64,000 bases of DNA, taken from contig DDUR01000034.1 of assembly GCA_002344895.1 (NCBI GenBank), positions 95,935-159,934 of the forward strand, given 5' to 3'. Positions within the stretch are counted from its first letter, which is position 1, and every line of letters starts with the position of its first letter. The notes beneath the pieces were generated by a model. The model searched no databases. It was not told the origin of the DNA and worked only from the letters and a program-made list of their open reading frames with translations. Source of the stretch: Ignavibacteria bacterium UBA2333. Its GTDB lineage: Bacteria; Bacteroidota; Ignavibacteria; Kapaibacteriales; Kapaibacteriaceae. Position numbers and translations under genes: made by a program. This document shows, in pieces, positions 56,042 to 64,000 of the stretch.

Positions 56042-58279
56042 CTAACGCGTCACAACAACACCTGCCGATGTTGATGACGTCGTTGTCATATGCACAATGA
56101 AGTACGAACCTGAAGGGAGATCAACAAGAATGTCGTTGATCTCCCTCAGCGTATGTGCGGGGTATCGACGTAATTCTTCACCGAGTTGATTATAGACCAC
56201 GTACGTCCCAACAGGTTGGAATCTGAGCACTCGGCCTGCAATCCAACACGACGTAAGTGTGATTGATCCTTCGTCGATATGTGTGCGATATACGTTATGA
56301 CCGGTCACTTCCATCGCATCAACACTGAGTTCCGTGCGGATTGTGGATCGTAACATGGTGCGCCCATGAAGCTGTAATGTTCGTGGAGTTGAAAGGTCGA
56401 CGTCCCTCCATCGTAATCGCATCGTTCGTTGCCAACCTTCTACCTCTGAATGTACGATCACTCCATTGGCAGCTGAGTCAACATGCCAAACCGAGGCATC
56501 CCACGACATGGTAATGTCCAGATCAACAGTGTCACGGAGTGATGCACTGAGACCGATGTTGTAGGAAAGGTGGTCACCAGCCGCCACGACTGTATCTGGG
56601 AGGACAAGTCGAACATCTACCGTGTCAACACGACCAGGTGCGACGGTGTCGCATGGATTGCCAGGATCAGTTGTATCACAGCCTGGATCAGTTGTATCCG
56701 GTGGGTCTGGATCGGTCGTGTCCGGTGGATCGGGATCCGTTGTGTCTGGAGGATCGGGATCGTTTGTATCAGGAGGAACTGAGTCGTCTGTTGCATATCC
56801 ATTAAGTTCAACAATCGGTGAAATGAGACACCGACGCGTCTGGATGTCAAGAGCAAATGACTCAACCATATGTCCAGCTTTTGTTGGGAGCCACGACACG
56901 ACAAACGAAAGAACACTGTCTGGCTCTACGTCAGCCGGTAAGTCAGGAACGGTACGTATCAGTTCTGTTGTACCTGATACGAGACGAGTGCCGAGCACAC
57001 GAATGGTATCACTCGTAATGTTTTTGATCGTAAAGGCTTTTAATCGACGGACACCCACGGGTATCGTGTCGTATGATACTGTGCCGACAGTTTCAATTGT
57101 TGCTACTGCTGTTGACAGTAGGACAAAACGGGCCGTGTCCGTACAACCATTTACGGTGGAGCCGATAACGGTATACGTTCCGGTCTGCGTCACTGTAATG
57201 GCAGCTGTTGTTTCGCCGGTATTCCATCGCCATGCAACAATATTGTTCGTTGATGTTGTGCCAACGAGTAGTGCTCTATCGCCAGCACAGATTGAACGTG
57301 GGCCAGTTACTCCGACTCTTGGTGATGCAGCTTGGATGATCGTAATCGTGTCACTCGTCCCCGTACAAGCACTCGAGTCCATAACATCGCACCAATACTT
57401 GCCAGCAGTGGTAACGGTAATTGATGCACTTGATGCACCAGTATTCCAACGGTACGTGGCATACCCACTGCGCACACTGAGTGTGGCCGCTTCGCCACTG
57501 CAGATCATCGTTGACGATGTTGTGATTTCGGGTTGTAGACGCGTCCCAGCTCGAATGACGATGCCAATGGTTGTATCGCATGTTCCACCGTCCGGGCGCT
57601 GTGTTCGTATACGCACGTCGAGTCGTCCTGAACCTTGCCACTGTGTTCGTACGTCGCGTGACGTTCGCCCACGGAGGATCGTTCCTCCGAGTGCTGTCCA
57701 TTCAAACGTTGAACCCGGCGGAGCATCTACAACTTCATGAATGGTTGTTGATCCTGTACAGATTGACGACATGCCCTCAATTCGAGATCGGGCCTTTTGG
57801 ACGACAACAACGCGAATACTATCACTCCAGGCGCGACATCCAACGGAATCGGTTACATAGACGCGGTAATAACCTGGAGTCGAAATCTGGATCTCAGGCC
57901 CACTTGCACCTGTGTTCCACGTATAGCTCCGGTATCCAAGCGGCGCACGTAACCACGCTACTTCTCCCTCGCAGAGGTATTCAATAGGATTACCAATTCG
58001 TGGTCGTGGTTTTGGATGTTCTCGTACCGTAATAGATCCAGAGTCACGACTGCCATCTGCACGACGAATGACCACCGTATACGTGCCCGGTGCCGTGATC
58101 AGAATGTTATCGGTTGTCGCTCCAGTGTTCCATCGATACGATGGATAACCGGACGGACTCTGCAGCAGAACTGGCCATGATCCCTCACAAACAAGTGTCG
58201 GTCCGGTAACGGGAACGACGGCAAGAGCTGCCGTGACAACGGCCAGGAACACGGCCATGGTCACGAGATACTTCTTCAC
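56042..58279 (-). CDS. secreted Ig-like-repeat surface protein with T9SS C-terminal sorting domain
   Basis: It uses a GTG start overlapping the topA TGA. The signal peptide is MKKYLVTMAVFLAVVTAALAV. Four or more ~90-aa repeats each contain Y/W-RWNTG(A/E). A PPDTTDPD x4 linker is followed by a T9SS-type C-terminus (...YVVYNQLGEEL...LPSGSYFIVHMTT...VVVTR). Confidence 0.7.
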   Translation of the reverse strand: MKKYLVTMAVFLAVVTAALAVVPVTGPTLVCEGSWPVLLQSPSGYPSYRWNTGATTDNILITAPGTYTVVIRRADGSRDSGSITVREHPKPRPRIGNPIEYLCEGEVAWLRAPLGYRSYTWNTGASGPEIQISTPGYYRVYVTDSVGCRAWSDSIRVVVVQKARSRIEGMSSICTGSTTIHEVVDAPPGSTFEWTALGGTILRGRTSRDVRTQWQGSGRLDVRIRTQRPDGGTCDTTIGIVIRAGTRLQPEITTSSTMICSGEAATLSVRSGYATYRWNTGASSASITVTTAGKYWCDVMDSSACTGTSDTITIIQAASPRVGVTGPRSICAGDRALLVGTTSTNNIVAWRWNTGETTAAITVTQTGTYTVIGSTVNGCTDTARFVLLSTAVATIETVGTVSYDTIPVGVRRLKAFTIKNITSDTIRVLGTRLVSGTTELIRTVPDLPADVEPDSVLSFVVSWLPTKAGHMVESFALDIQTRRCLISPIVELNGYATDDSVPPDTNDPDPPDTTDPDPPDTTDPDPPDTTDPGCDTTDPGNPCDTVAPGRVDTVDVRLVLPDTVVAAGDHLSYNIGLSASLRDTVDLDITMSWDASVWHVDSAANGVIVHSEVEGWQRTMRLRWRDVDLSTPRTLQLHGRTMLRSTIRTELSVDAMEVTGHNVYRTHIDEGSITLTSCWIAGRVLRFQPVGTYVVYNQLGEELRRYPAHTLREINDILVDLPSGSYFIVHMTTTSSTSAGVVVTR
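56655..56780 (-). repeat. 24-nt tandem repeats encoding PPDTTDPD x4-5
   Basis: On the plus strand ggatcagttgtatcacagcctggatcagttgtatccggtgggtctggatcggtcgtgtccggtggatcgggatccgttgtgtctggaggatcgggatcgtttgtatc appears as a near-identical 24-mer array. Confidence 0.75.
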
Positions 58280-60723
58280 GAGGGCTTCTCAGGAGATTTT
58301 TTTGCTGCAGTCTTTTTCGCGGCAGTTTTCTTTGCTGCAGTCTTCTTTGCTGCAGTCTTTTTCGCGGCAGTCTTCTTCGCTGCCTTCTTCGTGGTCTCTG
58401 TCGTGTCGGACTCATCATCAGCTTTTTTACGCGATGATTTTTTGGCAGCAGGTGCTTGTTGAGCTGCTAATTGTAAACACTCTTCAAGCGTGAGTGCCGT
58501 ATAGTCCGTTCCCTTGGGAATACGCACGTTCTGTTTGCCAACAACGATGTAGGCACCCCAACGGCCCTTCATGATCTTGACTGACGGATCCTCGTCAAAC
58601 GTTTTTAACGTGCGTTCGGCGATGTTTTGTCGACGTGCAACAATTACTTCAATTCCACGGGCTTCGTCAATTGAATACGGATCGTCCGTCTTGGCCAATG
58701 AGTAGAACGCTCCGGCATGGTCAATGTACGGTCCAAATCGACCAAGTTTCACGTCCATGGGCGAACCTTCAAACATGCCGATGGTGCGAGGGAACTTAAA
58801 GAGCTCCAGTACTTCGTCAAGTGTTACCGTGGCAATCGACATTGTCGATGCGAGACCCTTTTGTTTCTTGTCCTCATCATCGGCATCTCCGATTTGCACA
58901 ATAGGACCGTATCGAGCGAGACGAACGTAGACATTCTTGCCAGTTTTGGGGTCTTTCCCAAGCAAGCGCTCACCACTTTGGCGCTCAGCTGTCTCTGACG
59001 TCTTCTGTAGGTCTTGCTGGAAAGGTTCGTAGAACTCACGAATCATTTCGGACCACTTCAGGTGGCCCTGTGCGATTTCATCGAATTGTTTCTCAACGCT
59101 GGCAGTAAAGCCGTAGTCGAGGATTGCATCAAAGTGTTTCGTAAGGAAGTCTGTCACGACCGATCCGATATCCGTCGGAAACAGTTTGTTCCGTTCAGCA
59201 CCAGTGTTTTCAACTTCAACAACACGCTGAATCGACTCTGCCTCAAGGATGAGGGAACGAACCTCACGTGTGCGTCCATCACGATCTTCCTTCACCACAT
59301 AGCCGCGGTTCTGAATCGTTGAAATGGTTGGAGCATATGTTGATGGTCGGCCGATACCAAGTTCCTCGAGCTTCTTTACGAGTGAGGCTTCCGTATACCG
59401 TGCTGGTGGACGGGCATACCGCTCTTGGGCACGCACGTTCTGACAAGCAAGAATCATGCCCGGTGTTAACGGAGGCAACATTTTTGACGTGTCGTCATCC
59501 TGCTGCTCTTCGTCCGACGACTCCATGTAGACTTTAAGGAATCCATCAAAAATGAGCACTTCACCAGTGGCAATGAGAACGTCCGACACTGTCGAGATAG
59601 CTATCTGAGCAGTTGTTCGTTCAAGTTTTGCATCCGCCATCTGAGAGGCGATGGAGCGTTTCCATATCAGGTCGTACAGTTTACGATGGGCGTCCGTTTC
59701 ACCGGCAGACTTACGCGAAAAGTCCGTTGGACGAATGGCTTCGTGAGCCTCCTGAGCACTAGCAACCTTCGTCTGGTAATTTCTCGGATTGCTGTAGTCG
59801 TTTCCGTAGGCCGTGAGAACTTCTGCCCGAGCACCGTCAATCGCTAGTTCGGAGAGATTCACGGAATCTGTCCGCATGTACGTGATTAAGCCCTGCTCAT
59901 ACAAATCCTGCGCAAGCTTCATCGTTCGAGAGAGCGAGTAACCAAGTTTTCTACTTGCTTCCTGCTGCAGGGTAGATGTTGTGAAAGGGGCAGAGGGGGT
60001 TTTGCGGGCGGGTTTTGTCTCCAGCCCCTTCACCGAAAAGGTGGCCCCTTTACATTGCTCAAGAAATGCACGCGCTTCATCCTCGGTATCAAATCGTTTT
60101 GGCAGCTCTGCGGTAAACGTTTTTCCGTTGATGACAAAGTGGGCAGTTACACGGAACTGTGAAGACGACACGAAATCCTGAATCTCGCGCTCACGTTCAA
60201 CAACGAGACGTACGGCAACGGACTGTACACGGCCTGCACTGAGGTTTCGTTGGACCTTTCTCCATAGAACAGGTGACAGACCATAACCCACAAGTCGGTC
60301 AAGTACACGCCGTGCCTGTTGAGCATCGACAAGATTCGTGTCAATACTTCTCGGATTTGCAACGGCCTTCAGGATAGCTGGTTTCGTGATTTCGTGAAAT
60401 ACGATACGTCGAGTCTTCTCCGGAAGGAGATCCAGCGCCTCGTAGAGGTGCCATGCAATGGCTTCTCCTTCGCGGTCTTCGTCGCTCGCGAGCCAGACGA
60501 GTTCTGCCTGACGAGCCATTTTACGAAGGTCGGCGACGAGTTTCTTTTTGTCTTCGGATATCTCGTAGACGGGTTGGAAATTGTGCTCAATGTCGATGGC
60601 CTTGTCGTTGCCAGGCAGGTCACGGATGTGACCCATACAGGACGTAACGACGAAGTCGTCACCCAGATACTTCTGGATGGTTTTGGCTTTGGACGGTGAT
60701 TCGACGATGACAAGATTCTTCAT
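58276..60723 (-). CDS. topA: DNA topoisomerase I with C-terminal KKTAA-repeat (H1-like) tail
   Basis: The TOPRIM N-terminus is MKNLVIVESPSKAKTIQKYLG, and the catalytic region carries ITYMRTDS. The C-terminal tail is KKAAKKTAAKKTAAKKTAAKKTAAKKTAAKKSPEKPS, encoded by 15-nt tandem repeats at ~58290-58390. Confidence 0.95.
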   Translation of the reverse strand: MKNLVIVESPSKAKTIQKYLGDDFVVTSCMGHIRDLPGNDKAIDIEHNFQPVYEISEDKKKLVADLRKMARQAELVWLASDEDREGEAIAWHLYEALDLLPEKTRRIVFHEITKPAILKAVANPRSIDTNLVDAQQARRVLDRLVGYGLSPVLWRKVQRNLSAGRVQSVAVRLVVEREREIQDFVSSSQFRVTAHFVINGKTFTAELPKRFDTEDEARAFLEQCKGATFSVKGLETKPARKTPSAPFTTSTLQQEASRKLGYSLSRTMKLAQDLYEQGLITYMRTDSVNLSELAIDGARAEVLTAYGNDYSNPRNYQTKVASAQEAHEAIRPTDFSRKSAGETDAHRKLYDLIWKRSIASQMADAKLERTTAQIAISTVSDVLIATGEVLIFDGFLKVYMESSDEEQQDDDTSKMLPPLTPGMILACQNVRAQERYARPPARYTEASLVKKLEELGIGRPSTYAPTISTIQNRGYVVKEDRDGRTREVRSLILEAESIQRVVEVENTGAERNKLFPTDIGSVVTDFLTKHFDAILDYGFTASVEKQFDEIAQGHLKWSEMIREFYEPFQQDLQKTSETAERQSGERLLGKDPKTGKNVYVRLARYGPIVQIGDADDEDKKQKGLASTMSIATVTLDEVLELFKFPRTIGMFEGSPMDVKLGRFGPYIDHAGAFYSLAKTDDPYSIDEARGIEVIVARRQNIAERTLKTFDEDPSVKIMKGRWGAYIVVGKQNVRIPKGTDYTALTLEECLQLAAQQAPAAKKSSRKKADDESDTTETTKKAAKKTAAKKTAAKKTAAKKTAAKKTAAKKSPEKPS

Positions 60724-60852
60724 GGGTCACAGCAGTGTCTATGGCAGGAGTGACGATGTGTCAAAACGGACGCCAAATGTGACGTCGGACGACACCGTCA
60801 GCATGAAAATGGGCAAAATCCCCGAATAGGGAGGTCACGAATCACGAAAACG

Positions 60853-61323
60853 TTAATCGCGACCGTTGTGTTCGCACGTAACAGGGTCGGGGCAGACGGC
60901 GAAGATTTGTAGTGAATGTGTGAGTGGTTTAAAGCCAAGATTCTTGGCAACCGTATCACGAATTCCATCGATTTCTTCAGCTCGAAACTCAACAATGCGA
61001 CCGCATTCCACACAAATGAGGTGGTCGTGATCAGGCATACGAGAACTGAGCTCAAAGTGTGCACTATCGCCCTGAAACCGGTGCTTCATGAGGATACTGC
61101 ACTTTGTCAGAAGGTCCAGCGTAGAATAAATGGTCGCACGAGAGACACTGTCTCCCTTCGTATTCATATACACATAGAGCTCGTCAGCGCTAAAGTGTCG
61201 GTCCAATTCTGCAATCCTGTCCAGGACCTTGTACCGTTCCTGGGTGTTACGGTACTGTTTGCGTTTGAGAAAGTCGGAAAACTGCTGTTTAAGCGCTTCG
61301 ACGTCTGGAGATGATGACGGCAT
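60853..61323 (-). CDS. fur: Fur-family transcriptional regulator
   Basis: NTQERYKVLDRIAELDRHFSADELY is the winged HTH, and HDHLICVECGRIVEF is the metal-site motif. The ATG at 61323 is preferred over the alternative start at 61359. Confidence 0.85.
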   Translation of the reverse strand: MPSSSPDVEALKQQFSDFLKRKQYRNTQERYKVLDRIAELDRHFSADELYVYMNTKGDSVSRATIYSTLDLLTKCSILMKHRFQGDSAHFELSSRMPDHDHLICVECGRIVEFRAEEIDGIRDTVAKNLGFKPLTHSLQIFAVCPDPVTCEHNGRD

Positions 61324-61379
61324 GACCGCAAATATACTCTTCGTAGTTTTGCGACTCATTTCACACCACCGCAGAAACC

Positions 61380-63275
61380 ATGCGCAAATGGCGAACCGAG
61401 GATTCCTCGGAGCTTTACAACGTCCCCGGATGGGGCATCGGCTATTTCGGGATCAACTCGAAAGGCCACATCGTCGCCACACCACGAAAGTCAAAGGGCC
61501 CTCAGGTTGATCTGAAAGAGCTAATTGATGAGTTAATACTTCGTGACGTCCAGTTGCCCGTGCTTCTGCGATTTCCCGATATTCTCGATGATCGAATCGA
61601 GAAAATTGCCGGGTGTTTTACAAAGGCAGCAACGGAGTATAACTATACTGGCAAGTACTACAGCGTCTATCCGATCAAGGTGAATCAACAACGTCCCGTT
61701 GTTGAAGAGCTTGTACGACATGGTAAACGTTTTAACATTGGACTCGAAGCAGGTTCCAAACCAGAGCTGCATGCTGTTCTGGCGATCATGGATAATGAAG
61801 AGGCCTTGATCATCTGTAATGGGTACAAGGACGAAGACTTCATCGAGTTGGCACTCCTTGCCCAGAAGATGGGTAAACGTATCTATATCGTTGTCGAAAA
61901 GCTCAATGAGCTGCGATTGATTCGTTCGGTGGCAGAGCGTTTGAAGGTGCGGCCAAACATCGGTATCCGAATCAAATTAGCCTCATCGGGTAGTGGCAAA
62001 TGGGAAGAGTCCGGTGGTGACCAATCAAAGTTTGGTCTAAATGCCTCTGAACTCATTGAAGCTATCGACTACGGCCGCGAACACGATTTACTTGACTGTT
62101 TTAAGCTGATTCACTTCCACCTTGGCTCACAGATCACGAACATCCGCAAGATCAAGGCTGGCCTAAATGAGGTAGCGCAATTCTACGTGCAGTTGATGCA
62201 AATGGGATGTGCCATCAGTTTTGTGGACATCGGTGGGGGACTTGGCGTGGACTATGACGGTTCACGGTCGTCCGTCTCCTCAAGCATTAACTACTCCATT
62301 CAGGAGTATGCAAACGATGCAATTGCTACCCTCGCTCAAGCAGCGACAAAGAATGAGTTGCCACATCCGAACGTAATCACGGAGTCGGGTCGTGCCCTGA
62401 CAGCTCACCACTCAGTATTAGTGTTTAACGTTCTCGAAACGTCGAGTGTACCCACATGGACGTCGAAGGATCGTGTGAACAAGAAGGATCATGAACTCGT
62501 TCGTGAGCTACACGGAATCCTTCAGTCGCTGAATAGTCGTACGATGCTTGAGGCATGGCACGACACACAACAAGTTCGCGAAGAGGTACTTGATCGATTC
62601 TCACTTGGACTTGTTGATCTGCGAACACGGGCACAAACAGAAAAGCTCTACTGGTCTATCGCCCATAAGATTGCAGAACTTTCGGAAGAACTTAAACAAG
62701 TACCTGAGGAGCTCCGACAGCTAGGAAAACTTCTTGCCGACAAGTACTTCTGCAACTTCTCGTTGTTCCAATCGCTGCCAGATTCATGGGCAATCGATCA
62801 ACTTTTCCCCATTATGCCAATCCATCGGCTTACCGAAAAGCCGTCACGTGTTGCAACGCTGCAAGACATTACGTGTGACTCGGATGGGAAGATTGATCAC
62901 TTTATCGGACTTCGTGACTTTAAAACGTCACTGCCAGTTCATCCATTAAAAACAGGCGAGCCGTACTACGTTGGTGTGTTTCTTGTAGGAGCATATCAGG
63001 AGATTCTCGGCGACCTTCATAATCTGTTTGGCGACACCAATGCTGTTCACGTTGTCTGTACAGAGAAGGGCTACTCCATCGATCAGGTAATCGATGGTGA
63101 ATCAGTCGCCGATGTACTGGACTACGTGCAGTTTGACGCAAAAAAACTCGTCCGTACCATGGAAGCATGGGTGAGTGCATCCGTCAAAGAAAAACGGATT
63201 ACAGTTCAGGAAGGCAAAGAATTCCTTGCCATCTACCGTTCTGGACTCTACGGATATACGTATCTGGAAGAGTAA
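61380..63275 (+). CDS. speA: biosynthetic arginine decarboxylase
   Basis: YNVPGWGIGYFGINSKGHIVATP and LPVLLRFPDILDDRIEKI are present. The 631 aa form a PLP-dependent Orn/DAP/Arg decarboxylase fold collinear with SpeA. Confidence 0.9.
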   Translation: MRKWRTEDSSELYNVPGWGIGYFGINSKGHIVATPRKSKGPQVDLKELIDELILRDVQLPVLLRFPDILDDRIEKIAGCFTKAATEYNYTGKYYSVYPIKVNQQRPVVEELVRHGKRFNIGLEAGSKPELHAVLAIMDNEEALIICNGYKDEDFIELALLAQKMGKRIYIVVEKLNELRLIRSVAERLKVRPNIGIRIKLASSGSGKWEESGGDQSKFGLNASELIEAIDYGREHDLLDCFKLIHFHLGSQITNIRKIKAGLNEVAQFYVQLMQMGCAISFVDIGGGLGVDYDGSRSSVSSSINYSIQEYANDAIATLAQAATKNELPHPNVITESGRALTAHHSVLVFNVLETSSVPTWTSKDRVNKKDHELVRELHGILQSLNSRTMLEAWHDTQQVREEVLDRFSLGLVDLRTRAQTEKLYWSIAHKIAELSEELKQVPEELRQLGKLLADKYFCNFSLFQSLPDSWAIDQLFPIMPIHRLTEKPSRVATLQDITCDSDGKIDHFIGLRDFKTSLPVHPLKTGEPYYVGVFLVGAYQEILGDLHNLFGDTNAVHVVCTEKGYSIDQVIDGESVADVLDYVQFDAKKLVRTMEAWVSASVKEKRITVQEGKEFLAIYRSGLYGYTYLEE

Positions 63276-63293
63276 ACAATTCCACCGACGACA

Positions 63294-63999
63294 TTATTCG
63301 TCGGCGGCCCCTTCTGCCCCTTTCGGTAGAGCAGGCTTAACCATAACAACTGATTCGCGTTCAAGGGTGACGGCTCCAACGGCCGCACCCTTGGGTTTGC
63401 GAACGTGCTTTTTGAGCGTATATACAACAGGCGTCCAAGATGCATTGCGCGCCTGAGAGTACCAGGCAGCAATGGCCGCAGCTTGTTCTAGAATTCGTTT
63501 GGGAGGGTTGCCAACGCCACGTAATACGGCATGCGATCCACCTACTCCACGAGCATGTAACCACGTGTCGTTCTGTTTGGCAAACCGCATCGTAAGCTCA
63601 TCGTTGTTGTTGGCATTCCTTCCAACATAGACTGTCCAACCCTCACCGAGATCAAACTCACGAAAGACGGGCGTAGATGTCCCTTTTTGCTGACGTGATT
63701 CCTGATGGATCATGTTCTCGAGTTCCTTGATCTCTGTTGCTTGTTCAACTGTTTGCAGTTGTTGTGTCAGATGAGAGTACTCTGCCTGGAGTTTTGGTAA
63801 ACGCACCTGACGCGATGCGGCGGCTTCATCTGCCTGGCGTGCCTTACGATAATAGTCATGAGCATTTTCGATAATACTTCGGAGAGGATTAAGTCGAATC
63901 GAAACTGTTGTACCATCCCATGACTCCATCGTTACGGTATCAAGTCCCGTCGGATGAGGTTGAGGATAGGACATAAGAAGATCTGCCAAATGGCGAAGA
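63294..63999 (-). CDS. NFACT-family (FbpA/Rqc2-like) protein, C-terminal DUF814-containing part (5' end outside the window)
   Basis: The frame is open to the window edge. The DUF814/NFACT-R motif is TWLHARGVGGSHAVLR. The stop codon sits in the loop of a 7-bp hairpin shared with the convergent speA. Confidence 0.6.
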   Translation of the reverse strand, partial: LRHLADLLMSYPQPHPTGLDTVTMESWDGTTVSIRLNPLRSIIENAHDYYRKARQADEAAASRQVRLPKLQAEYSHLTQQLQTVEQATEIKELENMIHQESRQQKGTSTPVFREFDLGEGWTVYVGRNANNNDELTMRFAKQNDTWLHARGVGGSHAVLRGVGNPPKRILEQAAAIAAWYSQARNASWTPVVYTLKKHVRKPKGAAVGAVTLERESVVMVKPALPKGAEGAADE

Positions 64000-64000
64000 C

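Noticed and set aside
56622-57740. 372-aa plus-strand ORF inside the Ig-repeat gene
   Set aside because: It is antisense to a gene with clear signal peptide, repeats and T9SS CTD. Its Gly/Ser/Val repeats mirror the PPDTTDPD-encoding repeats on the coding strand.
59984-60052. Palindromic arrangement (aaaggggc ... gcccctttac) in topA, considered as a miniature inverted-repeat element insertion
   Set aside because: The translated segment (LEQCKGATFSVKGLETKPARKTPSAPFTTSTLQQEA) aligns with a conserved part of bacterial topoisomerase I, so it is native coding sequence, not an insertion.

Overview
This 64 kb window is chromosomal DNA of moderate GC with dense, frequently overlapping genes (many ATGA/GTGA stop-start overlaps). 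Three proteins carry Por/T9SS-type C-terminal sorting domains, and the window also encodes a type III glutamine synthetase, an archaeal/eukaryote-like (type 2) IleRS and histone-H1-like lysine-rich sequences. Together these point to a bacterium of the Fibrobacteres-Chlorobi-Bacteroidetes (FCB) group, i.e. Bacteroidetes, Ignavibacteria or relatives. From the 5' end: a capsule/exopolysaccharide biosynthesis-export operon (1-8746: wecB 3' end, Wza-like exporter, glycosyltransferases, Wzx-like flippase, initiating sugar-phosphate transferase). Next come housekeeping genes (accA, an RluB-like protein, an MsbA-like ABC exporter, a beta-CASP hydrolase, aspA, dxs, tRNA-Lys). A cell-envelope region follows: two paralogous double-OmpA-domain outer-membrane proteins in inverted orientation, a DUF1800/DUF1501 pair, a Tat-signal FAD oxidoreductase, two tandem paralogous lipoproteins and a small beta-barrel protein. 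After tRNA-Leu lie icd, a T9SS-sorted beta-propeller protein, ribH, a TrpH-like PHP protein, holA, two orphan ABC permeases, murI, a histidine kinase, ileS, an H1-like gene, a DksA/TraR gene, lspA, rluD, mtgA, lrp, glnN, a T9SS-sorted Ig-repeat surface protein coupled to topA, fur, speA and the 3' part of an NFACT/DUF814 gene. No transposase, integrase, CRISPR array or recognisable defence system was found. The most unusual features are apparent pseudo-enzyme architectures (a GT2 fused to a catalytically gutted sugar-transferase scaffold; an RluB-like protein lacking the catalytic Asp and carrying a ~280-aa RGG/Lys-rich N-terminal extension that looks intrinsically disordered) and an A10 homopolymer that separates the H1-like gene from an open frame running into the DksA/TraR gene. 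Coordinates taken from the ORF track are exact; those I counted from the sequence text (tRNAs, hairpins, repeats) may be off by 1-2 nt.
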